Notes under the pieces: generated by a model
The model's database searches: none
What the model was told of the DNA's origin: nothing
What the model saw: only the letters and a program-made list of their open reading frames with translations
Source of the DNA: a virus
IMG/VR virus record: IMGVR_UViG_3300044609_000721
Strand: one strand, 5' to 3'
Length of the DNA: 64,000 nt
Translations under genes and position numbers: made by a program
In this document: positions 10,401 through 19,902 of the stretch, piece by piece
Layout: each line of letters begins with the position of its first letter
How positions within the stretch are numbered: the stretch's first letter is position 1

Positions 10401-11097
10401 TATCAAAGTTTGGTTTTACATTTCCATCAGCAATTAACTGTCTGAGTTCGTTTCTACCATCAGCAAACTCAAATGCAGTTAGTTTGTGGTGTGAATAGTT
10501 TGGTTGGATTGTAGTAGCATCATTCTCTTTGTAGTAAACACCAGTAGAGTCACCATCAAAGAAGGAGAACTGCCAGAAGTAGCAACCACCAGTTACACGG
10601 AAGATTGCAGCCTTTGATGGTTCGTTAACTGTGGTGATGCCTAGAGATGGTCTCGTTGTAGGATAAGGAATGTACTTAGGAATAATCTTAGTTCTTCTAA
10701 GGTCAGATCCTACGATAGAACAACCTCTAGGAACAATAACACCACCTTCAACAGAGTTAAATTTATAAAGAATATTGTTAGGACTTGTCACATCAAAGTT
10801 TGAGTTTTCATCCAGAGGTGGAATTTCTGTGTATAGAATTTCTCCTGGACGATTATCAATAATATATTCAGAGGGGTATAGGTAGATGCTGAATGCATCA
10901 TACTCGTCATTAGAAAGACCAACACGATACGAGAATCGTGATACTTCAAGAAGTGCTCTCTGTAAAGTCTTGAAAGGTCTAAGAGCAGAGTTACCTCTAT
11001 TGTCAATCGAGTCCGAAGCGTCGAAATCATCGGGATTGACGTAGATGATACGTCCCGTTCTGGACGTAATAATATTCTTGAGTCTTGTTAATGACAT
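7408..11097 (-). CDS. Large virion structural protein (1229 aa), tail/baseplate-fibre type
   Basis: MSLTRLKNII...GRIIYVNPDDFDASD...PFKTLQRAL N-terminus seen in cyanophage structural genes; C-terminal YTGDGTTQQY...VFINGVCQ module. Confidence 0.8.
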   Translation of the reverse strand: MSLTRLKNIITSRTGRIIYVNPDDFDASDSIDNRGNSALRPFKTLQRALLEVSRFSYRVGLSNDEYDAFSIYLYPSEYIIDNRPGEILYTEIPPLDENSNFDVTSPNNILYKFNSVEGGVIVPRGCSIVGSDLRRTKIIPKYIPYPTTRPSLGITTVNEPSKAAIFRVTGGCYFWQFSFFDGDSTGVYYKENDATTIQPNYSHHKLTAFEFADGRNELRQLIADGNVKPNFDINSSIIPDLQSRTDLEIYYQKISRAFTSIPDTSGTPSQDQLQPRIEENRIVGPISDEFQVLQITRNGQTATAITVDELGNPKNHGFSVGVSVNISGVTGSTGTQSELDASLYNGSFQVTSAQGNVFTYQMSDEPTGNAVGSNILVKVEIDTVDSSSPYVFNLSLRSVWGMNGMHADGGKTTGFKSMVVAQFTGLSLQKDDRAFVRYNTSTGSYDEGGQGAHLDGACRYKKGWRHVHIKASNDAFIQVVSVFAVGYGDHFFADSGADMSITNSNSNFGNTALRCKGFKAAAFTKDKFGTLTHIIPPKSLSDVPEVSVNWVNVDIQRTKVVANSQRLYLYGYTNPDAAPPKKVQGYTVGARQDGTGGSAVPDKLYCLLISSGSTTATVKSARINPYGPSVTTATANTADSPLKFDSNTYSVGGQSVVGGWYIQVSSTSNEIFTTLTTNAIYNTLAFTPTTFIKRVPDARVLKDRIYRLRYVMPKDSFPVPRAPITGYVLQPRSSESSSPSYNKVYYVYEIETHQQFERGVADGIYYLSVLCASITPSTSNFNDFRFSQNVNEVYPAFDRDNPNADPLASISVADNITIGLVYGTDGATPTPNKDTKRSITKEAAQFFLAESQNNLAWNASAGTIGSFGLTARLGDAETRMIPLKVDTEGELVPIPIELRRHSIQRSGNHTFEYTGFGPGNYSTAFPQTQVEVLTADQVKLSQSLKEAAGVSFYSGLNSNGDLFIGNQVINPVTGQITSDDIAQLNVVGEENTTIQTFSELVLTDKLTVLGGASNQLESLFAGPVTFQGKLTSDSNIQVKKLTYANPDGTILKSTLMAPDNGSGQPNLSALTYYTTPIDGDIVYNTSWTPGKNLGWIYYSNTWYKFGLTNTGFIDIATFGSNTNMALGGTANTTYRLDVTGSQHISGDLVVDGKGGVSPSKYILRSYTGDGTTQQYTITSGHNSRSVMVFINGVCQVPDTNYTVSGTNVVFGSGDAPRNGDNIQIREFPI

Positions 11098-11122
11098 AGT
11101 TTTATTGTCCTATATTACTTAA

Positions 11123-13138
11123 TTAGATAGTAACTCTGTTATAAAGTAGAACTTCAAAGTCCGATGTAGTGTCTTCGAATCCATTTAGAACATAACTAAG
11201 GTCAGCAACACTAGAATTTACAACAATTGATTGACCTGGACCAACTACAATACTTGTATTTTTGTCAGTTACCTTTGTTGCTAATGACTTATCAAACAGA
11301 ATATAATCTTCTGCATTTACAGAAGTTGCAGAAGTAAGAGATGATACAGTAGCAAAGGATCTCACAACACCAACTTCTCTAGGAGAATCATATAACATAT
11401 GTTCAAATGTTCCAGTTCCAGAAACTGCACCAGTGTTTGCAATTGATAGTGTGACGGTTGTTCCACTAATTGCGGTGATTCTAGCACCAGATGCAATTCC
11501 AGTTCCAGAAACTGACATACCTTTAACAAGTCCAGTGGCAGAGCCAACCGTAATTGTCTTAGTACCATTAGATCCAGTAATGGAAGTGGTTATTTCAGCA
11601 AAAGCGACGGAATTAAGTCCAAGAGAAACTTTGAGTGCAGTTCCAGAGTAACTGTGTACATAACCATATGGTCCAATATGAACAGCGCCTACATCGTTAC
11701 TACCAGAACCAGTATCAAAAGAATCAGTTACTGAGATCGTACCATCAATATCATAAACGTAAATACTATTATAAAGTGGAGTATTATCAATTGTAACACC
11801 TCCACCCAATCCATCTTCGTCTAAATCAACAATATTTAAATTGACAGAAGTAGTTGAAGTGATATCAATTTGAGTGTATGCTCCAGCAGATCCAGCAATA
11901 CCAACAATAGAAACTCCAGTTGCATATTCTGCTGTTTCTCCAGTTAATCGGAATCTAAGTGAATGGTTCGTGTTTGATGAATCATTCTGAAGGAATCTAT
12001 ATGTCCTATTCAAGATGGCAGAGAAGTTGGTAATATTCTGATAAATGCCAACACTGCCAATATCATAAACAAATTTCTTCGTTGGTGAGAATGGGTTGTT
12101 AGTTAAAGTACTATAATTTACTTCGGATGCTACAGGTCCAACAGTCACTACTTCATCTTGATCAAAGAAGTTGAGGATAACTCTATCATCATATGTAAAG
12201 TATGAAACGGTGGCGGCAGCAAGATGAGCAGCGGCAGTTGTACCAAATCTTCCTCTAGAAACATCAATAGTTGTACCATTGATACCAAGAATTTCCATCA
12301 ATTCATTATCAATTTTAATATAATTACCGATGGTTAATCCAGTAGCACTTGCAACATCTAGACTAGTTACAACACCATCAATACCGCTAGAGAGAGTTGT
12401 AGTTGTTGCAGTAGTACCAAGTACAGAACAAGTTGAACCACTCTTGTGAGCAGATGCAGTAGTTCCGAACTGTGCTCTAGTTACAGCAGAAATGAATCCA
12501 GTAAAAGTACCAAGCAATACAATTTCAAAATCATTTGAACCTGGTGTTGTACTAACTCCTGGAATGGCAACATACTTACCAGAAGCAACATTAGTGAGAT
12601 TTGCAAATCTTAAATTGGTTGCAGCACTAGTAACGTCAGGAATACCAGCAGAAATTGCGTTGGTAGTAGATTGATAAGAATAGACTAGAGCAGTAAGTCC
12701 ATTTGCTCCAGTTAAAGTATCTCCAGCCGCAATTGTTCCTCCAGTAGGAGCAACACCCAAGTTAAAATTACCAACGTCATCCACTTTAGTTGGAACTTCA
12801 ATGATGCTATCATCTGTTACAACATCAAGATATCTGAAGGTTGCATTTTGACTATCTGTTGTGATCAAACTTCCAGGTACAAGAGCATTTGCCTGAACAC
12901 CAGGAATTAGATCTAACTGGTAAGTACTTACTACGTTACCTTTTCTGTATTCATAGTTACTAGCATCTACAGTTAAAATTTGGTCATAGTCTCTTAGACC
13001 GACTTTATAAGTCGAAGCAGAGGATCCCTGATTGGTTACGTTAAGAACTGCACTAGCAGAACTTCCAATTGGAGATCTGTATAAAAGGGTATCTGTAGTT
13101 GCTGAAGGTTTTGCCGAAGCTAGTTTTCCTGCGGTCAT
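11123..13138 (-). CDS. Virion structural protein (671 aa) with internal repeats
   Basis: MTAGKLASAKP...; repeated V[TS]R[AG][QR]FGTTAxAH motifs; T/S/G-rich. Confidence 0.75.
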   Translation of the reverse strand: MTAGKLASAKPSATTDTLLYRSPIGSSASAVLNVTNQGSSASTYKVGLRDYDQILTVDASNYEYRKGNVVSTYQLDLIPGVQANALVPGSLITTDSQNATFRYLDVVTDDSIIEVPTKVDDVGNFNLGVAPTGGTIAAGDTLTGANGLTALVYSYQSTTNAISAGIPDVTSAATNLRFANLTNVASGKYVAIPGVSTTPGSNDFEIVLLGTFTGFISAVTRAQFGTTASAHKSGSTCSVLGTTATTTTLSSGIDGVVTSLDVASATGLTIGNYIKIDNELMEILGINGTTIDVSRGRFGTTAAAHLAAATVSYFTYDDRVILNFFDQDEVVTVGPVASEVNYSTLTNNPFSPTKKFVYDIGSVGIYQNITNFSAILNRTYRFLQNDSSNTNHSLRFRLTGETAEYATGVSIVGIAGSAGAYTQIDITSTTSVNLNIVDLDEDGLGGGVTIDNTPLYNSIYVYDIDGTISVTDSFDTGSGSNDVGAVHIGPYGYVHSYSGTALKVSLGLNSVAFAEITTSITGSNGTKTITVGSATGLVKGMSVSGTGIASGARITAISGTTVTLSIANTGAVSGTGTFEHMLYDSPREVGVVRSFATVSSLTSATSVNAEDYILFDKSLATKVTDKNTSIVVGPGQSIVVNSSVADLSYVLNGFEDTTSDFEVLLYNRVTI

Positions 13139-13145
13139 TTGTTAT

Positions 13146-14450
13146 CTACCATCCTGATTGAAAATGTGCCTGTAGTTTGAGTCTTCCTCCAAGATTTTTT
13201 GCTGTAATTGCTCCACCAAAATCAATATTCTCTAGTGATCCAGCATTGTTGGTGGATAGTAATGTAGCATCGCCATCTGGAAATTGTATAGTTCTCGTTT
13301 CACTAATATTAGTTAGGTCAAAAACAACTCGTCTCAATGATGATCTAACGTCAGAAAATACTGGTTGATCGTATAATTTATTTTTGATTGTTTGAGATGC
13401 TAACTCAGAAACAAGAATGCTTGTTGCTGTACTATTTAGTGTCGTAGGAAATGAGAAACTATTAGTTGTTGCGGTTAGAAGATTACTTAGTTCAAATTGA
13501 ATCTTTTTGGTTGGATCTGTTGACGTAGCAAATACAGCATCTTGATATACTTTGGAAGTAATTGTCTGTGCTGAGTCAGTACCAACCAGAGTAATACTTA
13601 AGTCAGGGAATCTTACAGTCCTTGGAGCAGTAAGTAAAGAAGCATCAAACAATGCCTTGTTACTTGTGGATGCGTTCAGTGCAAAACTTGGTTGAACAAA
13701 AGTCTTGTTCGAAATCGTCTGTGATGATAGATCATCGACAATTGTACTTTGAATTACACCAGAACCAGGATCTGGGAAGAAATAAGTTTTAGTGCCAGAG
13801 TTAGTTAAAACCCAGTCAATACCAAACTTGGCTTCTTTATTACCATCAGTAATGTAGAGATTGTTTTCAGTTACTCTAATTACTTTGTTGGTGATAGTTT
13901 GTGATGTATCAGTACCAACTAGTGTAGTGCTATTTCCAACGTCAACTAGTGGTAGTGAGAAAATTCTTAGACCAGTACCAATATTGCTTACTTCAAATCT
14001 CGCTCTCTTGTTGCTGCTAACATCATCAACAACTTCGAATTGTGTGTCCTGCAATCTAAAAATAGATCCAGGTTGAACACCTACAGTTCCAGATCCTTTT
14101 GGTTGTAAAAGAATATTAACATTATTTGCTGTAGTGTCAACTGCCTGCAGTTTCGCTGTTACTGTACTAGCAGCACTTTCTGTGATTTTAGAAAAGTAAT
14201 ATCCAGAAGTACCAAAAGAAATTCCAAGTTCATTATAAGCGTTTTGATATAATCCAGTGTCACGATCAAGGTCAAATGCTAGTCCAGGAGCAGTTTTAGT
14301 TCCCGCTGCAACACCACGAAATAACTGATTTACTTTACTTTTTCTATTTGGGATTAGAGGATCAGCAATAACTACTGGTACAATAGCTTCACCAGTAAGC
14401 AAATCATCCGCTAAGTTTTCTAATTGTGATATTTTTTTGGTTCCAGCCAC
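13146..14450 (-). CDS. Virion structural/fibre protein; probable GTG start at 14450 (VAGTKKISQL)
   Basis: Four repeats of the TLVGTDxxQTIxNK type; late promoter at 14483-14490 lies inside the longer called ORF. Confidence 0.75.
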   Translation of the reverse strand: MAGTKKISQLENLADDLLTGEAIVPVVIADPLIPNRKSKVNQLFRGVAAGTKTAPGLAFDLDRDTGLYQNAYNELGISFGTSGYYFSKITESAASTVTAKLQAVDTTANNVNILLQPKGSGTVGVQPGSIFRLQDTQFEVVDDVSSNKRARFEVSNIGTGLRIFSLPLVDVGNSTTLVGTDTSQTITNKVIRVTENNLYITDGNKEAKFGIDWVLTNSGTKTYFFPDPGSGVIQSTIVDDLSSQTISNKTFVQPSFALNASTSNKALFDASLLTAPRTVRFPDLSITLVGTDSAQTITSKVYQDAVFATSTDPTKKIQFELSNLLTATTNSFSFPTTLNSTATSILVSELASQTIKNKLYDQPVFSDVRSSLRRVVFDLTNISETRTIQFPDGDATLLSTNNAGSLENIDFGGAITAKNLGGRLKLQAHFQSGW

Positions 14451-14558
14451 AAGTAACCTTCGGGGGGATTGTTCTTCAGATTTATTTATACAAGAAAAAG
14501 GACTAGGGTATTTCACCTAGTCCTATTACTTCCTTCACACGGACAACTTATTATACCA

Positions 14559-14780
14559 CTAAAATGGTGGTCCGTCAAATCCTTCGATTGAATGTATCTT
14601 CTTCTTTAAGTCTTTCACTAAAGTACGAACTATCTGAGACTGCTCTTCATAGAATGGATCCCCAGTACTCAAATAAAATTCTTGTAATTTATCTACATAC
14701 TTCAGCATCTGATATATGTGGGGATTCCAGGGATCTCTAGTTGGAGCAAAGTAAGTTCTTCGCTCTGTCTCTGGTGGCAT
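14559..14780 (-). CDS. Hypothetical protein (73 aa)
   Basis: ORF. Confidence 0.6.
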   Translation of the reverse strand: MPPETERRTYFAPTRDPWNPHIYQMLKYVDKLQEFYLSTGDPFYEEQSQIVRTLVKDLKKKIHSIEGFDGPPF

Positions 14781-14805
14781 GTATACCTACTGCATACGCT
14801 AGTAT

Positions 14806-15753
14806 TTATGATAAAATTGTCTTAGTTCGATTAATATATTCATTGCGAATATACTCACCGTAGGATTGATTTGGGTCAATCCTGTTTTTGCAACTACCAA
14901 CACCACAATATCCACAGTTCTTACCTACAACTAGGTAATTCATAATTATGTTCTTGTAAGTGTCAGTTCCATTACCAACAATAAGTGGAGTAATATCAAC
15001 TCCATTCATGGCAAGGAGATACATGGAGTTGAATACAATGTCCATGCTGTTATTGTGAATCAATCCATTAAATTCACAGAAGGTAATATACTCTTCGTAA
15101 CTTGAATTGTGCAAACTATACAGAACAGAATATACTGTACCTATCTTATGCATCAATTGATCTGAATTGAAAATATCAGCAACATCAGTAACCAATCCAC
15201 TATATGAAATATCAGATATGGAATTTTTATCCCATGGGAAGTTCCAATTATTGGTAATCATATAATCCAACAACTCACGAAGTTTGTGTGATTGTGGTTG
15301 TTGCATATAAAAGATTCTATTACATTGATAGAGAACTTTCAAGTAGTACTGCTCTGAAGATTCATCTATTGTTTCATAACCAAGTACATCAATAGAGTTC
15401 TTTTCAAAACTTGGTTCATCATATAGATTCTCAAGGATGTTTAGTTCCTTTATTCCACATGATCCAATCCAGTCAGTAAATTGTGGTTGGAATTTCTCTT
15501 GAAAGATTCCTACCTTACCTTGGAAACATTTCTTGGATACCTGAGTGCCCAGGTAAAAGATTGGACTTTCTGATATTATGTCATACTCATCTGAAATTTG
15601 CAAATCAGTATGATGAGATGTATATGGTACACCAACTCCTTTGTAATAGATTTGACTACCTTTATATACTCTACCATCAACGTACTCTAAATTATCATCA
15701 ATATGGATATTATTGACTACATTTCCAGTAGTATCATACACAAGTACATCCAT
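14806..15753 (-). CDS. Hypothetical protein (315 aa)
   Basis: Long ORF, C-terminal CxxC-x3-C cluster. Confidence 0.7.
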   Translation of the reverse strand: MDVLVYDTTGNVVNNIHIDDNLEYVDGRVYKGSQIYYKGVGVPYTSHHTDLQISDEYDIISESPIFYLGTQVSKKCFQGKVGIFQEKFQPQFTDWIGSCGIKELNILENLYDEPSFEKNSIDVLGYETIDESSEQYYLKVLYQCNRIFYMQQPQSHKLRELLDYMITNNWNFPWDKNSISDISYSGLVTDVADIFNSDQLMHKIGTVYSVLYSLHNSSYEEYITFCEFNGLIHNNSMDIVFNSMYLLAMNGVDITPLIVGNGTDTYKNIIMNYLVVGKNCGYCGVGSCKNRIDPNQSYGEYIRNEYINRTKTILS

Positions 15754-15773
15754 AATAATATTTTAGTATGTAA

Positions 15774-15845
15774 AGCCTCCGACAAGATTCGAACTTGCGA
15801 CCAGCGGTTTACAAAACCGCTGCTCTACCACTGAGCTACAGAGGC
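15774..15845 (-). tRNA. trnT: tRNA-Thr(UGU)
   Basis: GCCTCTG acceptor, GCGGT-TT TGT AA-ACCGC anticodon arm, GTTCGAAT T-loop. Confidence 0.93.
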
Positions 15846-15846
15846 A

Positions 15847-16119
15847 TTAATCGTATTCTGGAGGCATACACTCTGGATTTTCCAGTTCCACATCAAACAG
15901 ACATGGGTGTGCCTCCTCATCAATCAAATAGAAAGATATTTTATATAGGTCTTCTGGTTCCCACCTTCTTTGTTGATCTGCTTGTTTGATCAGATCTTCA
16001 TCGTAGATAGCATTTTCTTCAAGTTCATCAAACGTAAAGGGGAAAGAATTGATGAAGTACATTCGAACAATCATCTCGCCTCTATTATACCAACAATACG
16101 CCTGAGTGATCTTGTACAT
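15847..16119 (-). CDS. Hypothetical cyanophage protein (90 aa)
   Basis: ORF, acidic, packed between genes. Confidence 0.65.
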   Translation of the reverse strand: MYKITQAYCWYNRGEMIVRMYFINSFPFTFDELEENAIYDEDLIKQADQQRRWEPEDLYKISFYLIDEEAHPCLFDVELENPECMPPEYD

Positions 16120-16126
16120 AAATGTT

Positions 16127-16345
16127 TTACTTTAGAGACCTTGCTGGATTCATAACTGGATACACTGGTGGCACATTACTATGTACAATCACTTCATCCC
16201 AAAAAGTAGGATGACAGATTACACAACAATCAAGATACGCATCAGCATCCACATTCACGCAAATAGTAATATATTGATCAGATATAAATCGAATATAACC
16301 CGTAATGTGTTTCCATTCGACATAAGATCCAATCTCAAAATTCAT
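16127..16345 (-). CDS. Hypothetical protein (probable start MNFEIG)
   Basis: GAGGTG SD before ATG 16345. Confidence 0.6.
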   Translation of the reverse strand: MNFEIGSYVEWKHITGYIRFISDQYITICVNVDADAYLDCCVICHPTFWDEVIVHSNVPPVYPVMNPARSLK

Positions 16346-16685
16346 ACCCACCTCTAGGGAAAGATTTAGTTGCGTGTGATTTTGGTTTAAATTGTTCAAT
16401 TACATGCCAAACGGCAGATTCAGGATTGCTTAGTCCGCAAGTGTAAATATCAATTGCGGCACTACCTTTCTCTGGCCACGTATGGATTGAAATATGTGAT
16501 TCAGCAAGGAGGAGAACAAAAGTAATGCCTTGGGGTTCAAATTTATGGAAAACAGAATTTAAAATTGTTGCCCCAGATATAATTGCTGCTTGACGTAGTG
16601 TTTTATCAATGAAGTCTAAATCATCAAGTAATTCACTTTGAACGCCATAAACTTCAAGGGTGCAATGCTTTCCTAAATTTTCCAA
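16335..16685 (-). CDS. speD: S-adenosylmethionine decarboxylase proenzyme (pyruvoyl-dependent)
   Basis: GKH..LEVYG, HKFEPQG.T...LLAESHISIHTWPE.G.AAIDIYTCG. Confidence 0.92.
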   Translation of the reverse strand: MENLGKHCTLEVYGVQSELLDDLDFIDKTLRQAAIISGATILNSVFHKFEPQGITFVLLLAESHISIHTWPEKGSAAIDIYTCGLSNPESAVWHVIEQFKPKSHATKSFPRGGYEF

Positions 16686-16730
16686 GGCATACCGTCTCCA
16701 TTCACTAAATTTCCAACTATTTAGTTGGAA

Positions 16731-16803
16731 TAGGAGTGGTGGGATTCGAACCCACCCTTGAACGATTTTAAGTCGTTTGCCTCTTCCGCTGGGCTACACT
16801 CCC
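16731..16803 (-). tRNA. trnL: tRNA-Leu(UAA), short variable loop
   Basis: GGGAGTG/CACTCCT acceptor, AACGA-CT TAA AA-TCGTT, GTGGG-TTCGAAT-CCCAC. Confidence 0.85.
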
Positions 16804-16848
16804 GAAAGAATCGCGGTCTCTCAACCGCATGTATGTATGATACCAGAC

Positions 16849-17103
16849 TCAGAAAGGGATGTCAAGAGGAGGAGGACCAGCAAGAGCAGTCTCAGGAGAC
16901 TCAAGAACCTTTTGCATCTGTTGCAACTCTTCAATCAAATCTTCAGGAAGAGGTGCCTTTTCAATCACAGGAACCAAGAGTACATCTCCACTTTCACTTG
17001 TAACACGGAAAGACATCTTATTTCGTCCTACAAGTGTATCAACAATAAAATCAGCGTACTCAGCAAGTTCATCAAGAGTAATTACTGGGACTTGTGTGTT
17101 CAT
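16849..17103 (-). CDS. Hypothetical protein (84 aa)
   Basis: ORF overlapping upstream gene by 4 nt. Confidence 0.65.
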   Translation of the reverse strand: MNTQVPVITLDELAEYADFIVDTLVGRNKMSFRVTSESGDVLLVPVIEKAPLPEDLIEELQQMQKVLESPETALAGPPPLDIPF

Positions 17104-17297
17104 AGTTTATAAATTCGTTGTTCAGCGGGAAGAGTTTCCTGGCAGAAGTTTACCATATTTTCAAACTCTTGTAAACCCTCCTCATTCCATTCACATGCGA
17201 CTGTCTGAAACTCACCATCAGTACCATGCATTTCTACAGTACGTTTGGTGAAATCAATTACCACATGGTCTAGCGTGGCATCGGGACGGATATTCAT
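17100..17297 (-). CDS. Hypothetical protein (65 aa)
   Basis: ORF downstream of a TTGACA-18-TAGGAT promoter (17323-17352). Confidence 0.65.
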   Translation of the reverse strand: MNIRPDATLDHVVIDFTKRTVEMHGTDGEFQTVACEWNEEGLQEFENMVNFCQETLPAEQRIYKL

Positions 17298-17348
17298 CAG
17301 GGGTGCTCGGGGGTCTCACGACATCCTAGCACAGGTCCAGGCGGTTTG

Positions 17349-19835
17349 TCAATTCAGTTTAATGGTCGTTGCGGTTAGTGTCATGATTGTTGCAGCGGTC
17401 ATCGTCATGGCTTGTCCAGCATTCAATGATAGAGCACCGCCGATAGCACTCATAGCGATTGCACCTGTGGTAACTGTAGCGGTTAATCCTCCCGCAGCAA
17501 CAGTAAAGAACATACCACCAGTTCCAACTAAAAGTGAGATTGGTCCAGCAGTATTGTTCACAGTATATCTAGGAACTGCATCTGCTCCCAATCCAGGATT
17601 GATAATCATGTCATATGAACCATGCATGATCGTAAAGATACCAGACTTTGCTCTAGGTAGAGGTGGGAAGTTGATATTTCTAATTAGTGAGGGAGTCTCA
17701 ACATAGATTGCATTACCTGCAGCCAACTTGAGGTCATTTGTGCAGTTGATGTTTAACGATGGAGCATTTAAGTTCATCGTATCTGTCATGATCTTAACAT
17801 CAGTTCCAGGTTTGGATGCGATAGTTGATCCCATACCCTGCATAGAGACTTTACCTCTACCAGCAATCTCAGTGTCACTATCAAAAACGATAACATTCTT
17901 GGATTGCTTTCCACTAGTATTACCTTTTGCTCCAGTTGATGTTACTGGCAATGGAGCACCATTGACTTTGAATGCCAATCTTCCACCAACTTCAATATCA
18001 AGATCTCCAGTGATCTTTAACTTATAACTACCTCCAACATTCTGCTGGAACTCACCAAGGTTTTCAAGTAGGAAATCTTTCTGAGTCTCTACCTTAGTTG
18101 CACCAGGGAAGGTAATGACATCACCAAAAACAGTCTTCTGGGGATTTGGTGCGGTCTGTGCTCCAGTAGACTTATTCTGCTGTTCAGCATCATACTTTTC
18201 TTTCCAGTTGCGATATTCCTGATTATTAGAACGAATACTCCACCATGACATACCACTAGCACGTCTTTCAATAGTGGATTGCCTACCTGGAGTACCACCA
18301 TGAATCATATTATATCCACTTAATTGATTACTTGAAGTTGTCAAGTATTCATTTGCATCTTCAAGAATTGCTTGAACAGCATTAACAGAAGATTTCACTG
18401 CAGCAACAGTAGTATTAGTTGTTACTGCTTGTCCACAACCAGCAGCAATTGATCCTAATGGATTTGATTCTGAGATGTTACAATCAGTAGTTCCAAGGAA
18501 AGGTACAAATGACGTAATCTTATCTCCACCAGGAGCAGTGCGATCACACATTGTTGGTATTAGTCCCAACAGAAGACTGATAATGCTAGTGATACTACTG
18601 AGATCTTGAATATTAATCTTCTCAAGATTTTGGAAGAATGCCGTTCCACTCTTCATTACATTAGATACTGTCTTCGAAACTGCAACAGCGGAAGAAATTG
18701 CACTAACAATACCATTGATACCAGAAATAGCATCACTAATTGTACAAAGTACTTGGTTAACAATATCATCAAAAGCACCTTGTATTAGAGATGTCAATTG
18801 ATCAAACGAAGATCCAACAACAGATTGAACAAAACCCTCAATACCTTGAGACAGAACATTCATTGTTACGCTGAGCCAAGTGGAGTCCAATCCACAAAGA
18901 ACTCTCAGAACTGCCTGAAGAATTGCCTGAATAGCAGTGGTTACAACTCCAGGAATGCCAGTGATACCTGCAATTTTTAAAGCTTTAAGACCAGCAGAAA
19001 TTGTCTGTAAAAACAATTCTTTAACAGCAGCAAGTGCTTCAGATAAAACTCCAGATATTAAATTGATTACAGAACCAGTAAGTGCAGACATGTTAACTGG
19101 TAATCCACTACTGATACTGACATAACTGTTTTTACCAATAGAAACTACATTTGCACCAGTGATCGCAATGTTCTGCAGCATTCTAGTTAAAGTTCCCTCA
19201 AACGTATTGACGCTACCAGCAACAGCGTTGGCTGCTGGAGATGCTGCAATAGTAGGAACTGCAGGGTTAGCAGAACTACCACCAAATTGAACCTGAGCAA
19301 ATGTATTTGCATCAGAAAATACTTGCTTCTCGTTAACTGGAGTATTTAATGAATTTGGTGGTGCTGATGCTCCAGTATCAACTCTATTAGTAGCACTAGA
19401 TTTTAGAGATAGATTTGCTTCTGCACTATACTTATCATTACCAAAAATAGAATTATACTCACCTATACCAACCCCAGGTTGCTTTCTTGCTCTAACAACA
19501 CCCATGATAACAGGTTGCTGAGCTTCTTGACCATCAAGAAAGAAACCCATAACCATAGCACCATTCTGCAATTGTCCTGCAGATTCTCCAGATGCTTCAA
19601 CTCCAGGTTGATTTGTTGGTTGTAAAACTACTGACCAGGGAAGATCTTCGTTTGGTATCTTTTCCTTGAACTTATCATCAAGACCAGTGTACCATCCCAT
19701 GATCCTGACTCTACATCTACCGAGTCTTAATGGATCTTTATTATCTACAACTTCACCAAACCACCAGAAAAATCCATCTTTACCTAGATAATCTACTGTT
19801 GGTTCATTAATAATACCGTCAAACGTATTTGGCAT
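17349..19835 (-). CDS. gp5: Baseplate hub / spike protein gp5 (OB-fold N-terminus, no recognisable T4 lysozyme domain)
   Basis: FFWWFGEVVDNKDPLRLGRCRVRIMGW...LPWS.VLQP...VMGFFLDG..AQQPVIMG; beta-helix-like C-terminus. Confidence 0.88.
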   Translation of the reverse strand: MPNTFDGIINEPTVDYLGKDGFFWWFGEVVDNKDPLRLGRCRVRIMGWYTGLDDKFKEKIPNEDLPWSVVLQPTNQPGVEASGESAGQLQNGAMVMGFFLDGQEAQQPVIMGVVRARKQPGVGIGEYNSIFGNDKYSAEANLSLKSSATNRVDTGASAPPNSLNTPVNEKQVFSDANTFAQVQFGGSSANPAVPTIAASPAANAVAGSVNTFEGTLTRMLQNIAITGANVVSIGKNSYVSISSGLPVNMSALTGSVINLISGVLSEALAAVKELFLQTISAGLKALKIAGITGIPGVVTTAIQAILQAVLRVLCGLDSTWLSVTMNVLSQGIEGFVQSVVGSSFDQLTSLIQGAFDDIVNQVLCTISDAISGINGIVSAISSAVAVSKTVSNVMKSGTAFFQNLEKINIQDLSSITSIISLLLGLIPTMCDRTAPGGDKITSFVPFLGTTDCNISESNPLGSIAAGCGQAVTTNTTVAAVKSSVNAVQAILEDANEYLTTSSNQLSGYNMIHGGTPGRQSTIERRASGMSWWSIRSNNQEYRNWKEKYDAEQQNKSTGAQTAPNPQKTVFGDVITFPGATKVETQKDFLLENLGEFQQNVGGSYKLKITGDLDIEVGGRLAFKVNGAPLPVTSTGAKGNTSGKQSKNVIVFDSDTEIAGRGKVSMQGMGSTIASKPGTDVKIMTDTMNLNAPSLNINCTNDLKLAAGNAIYVETPSLIRNINFPPLPRAKSGIFTIMHGSYDMIINPGLGADAVPRYTVNNTAGPISLLVGTGGMFFTVAAGGLTATVTTGAIAMSAIGGALSLNAGQAMTMTAATIMTLTATTIKLN

Positions 19836-19865
19836 GATACAATCGTATATTGATGTCCTTCAAAA

Positions 19866-19900
19866 TATTTATACAAAAAAAGGGAGGTCACCCTCCCGAT
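19866..19900 (-). terminator. Terminator GGGAGG-GTGA-CCTCCC + T-run, immediately followed by late promoter TATAAATA (19866-19873) for gp5
   Basis: Hairpin, T6 tract and exact late motif read directly. Confidence 0.75.
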
Positions 19901-19902
19901 AA

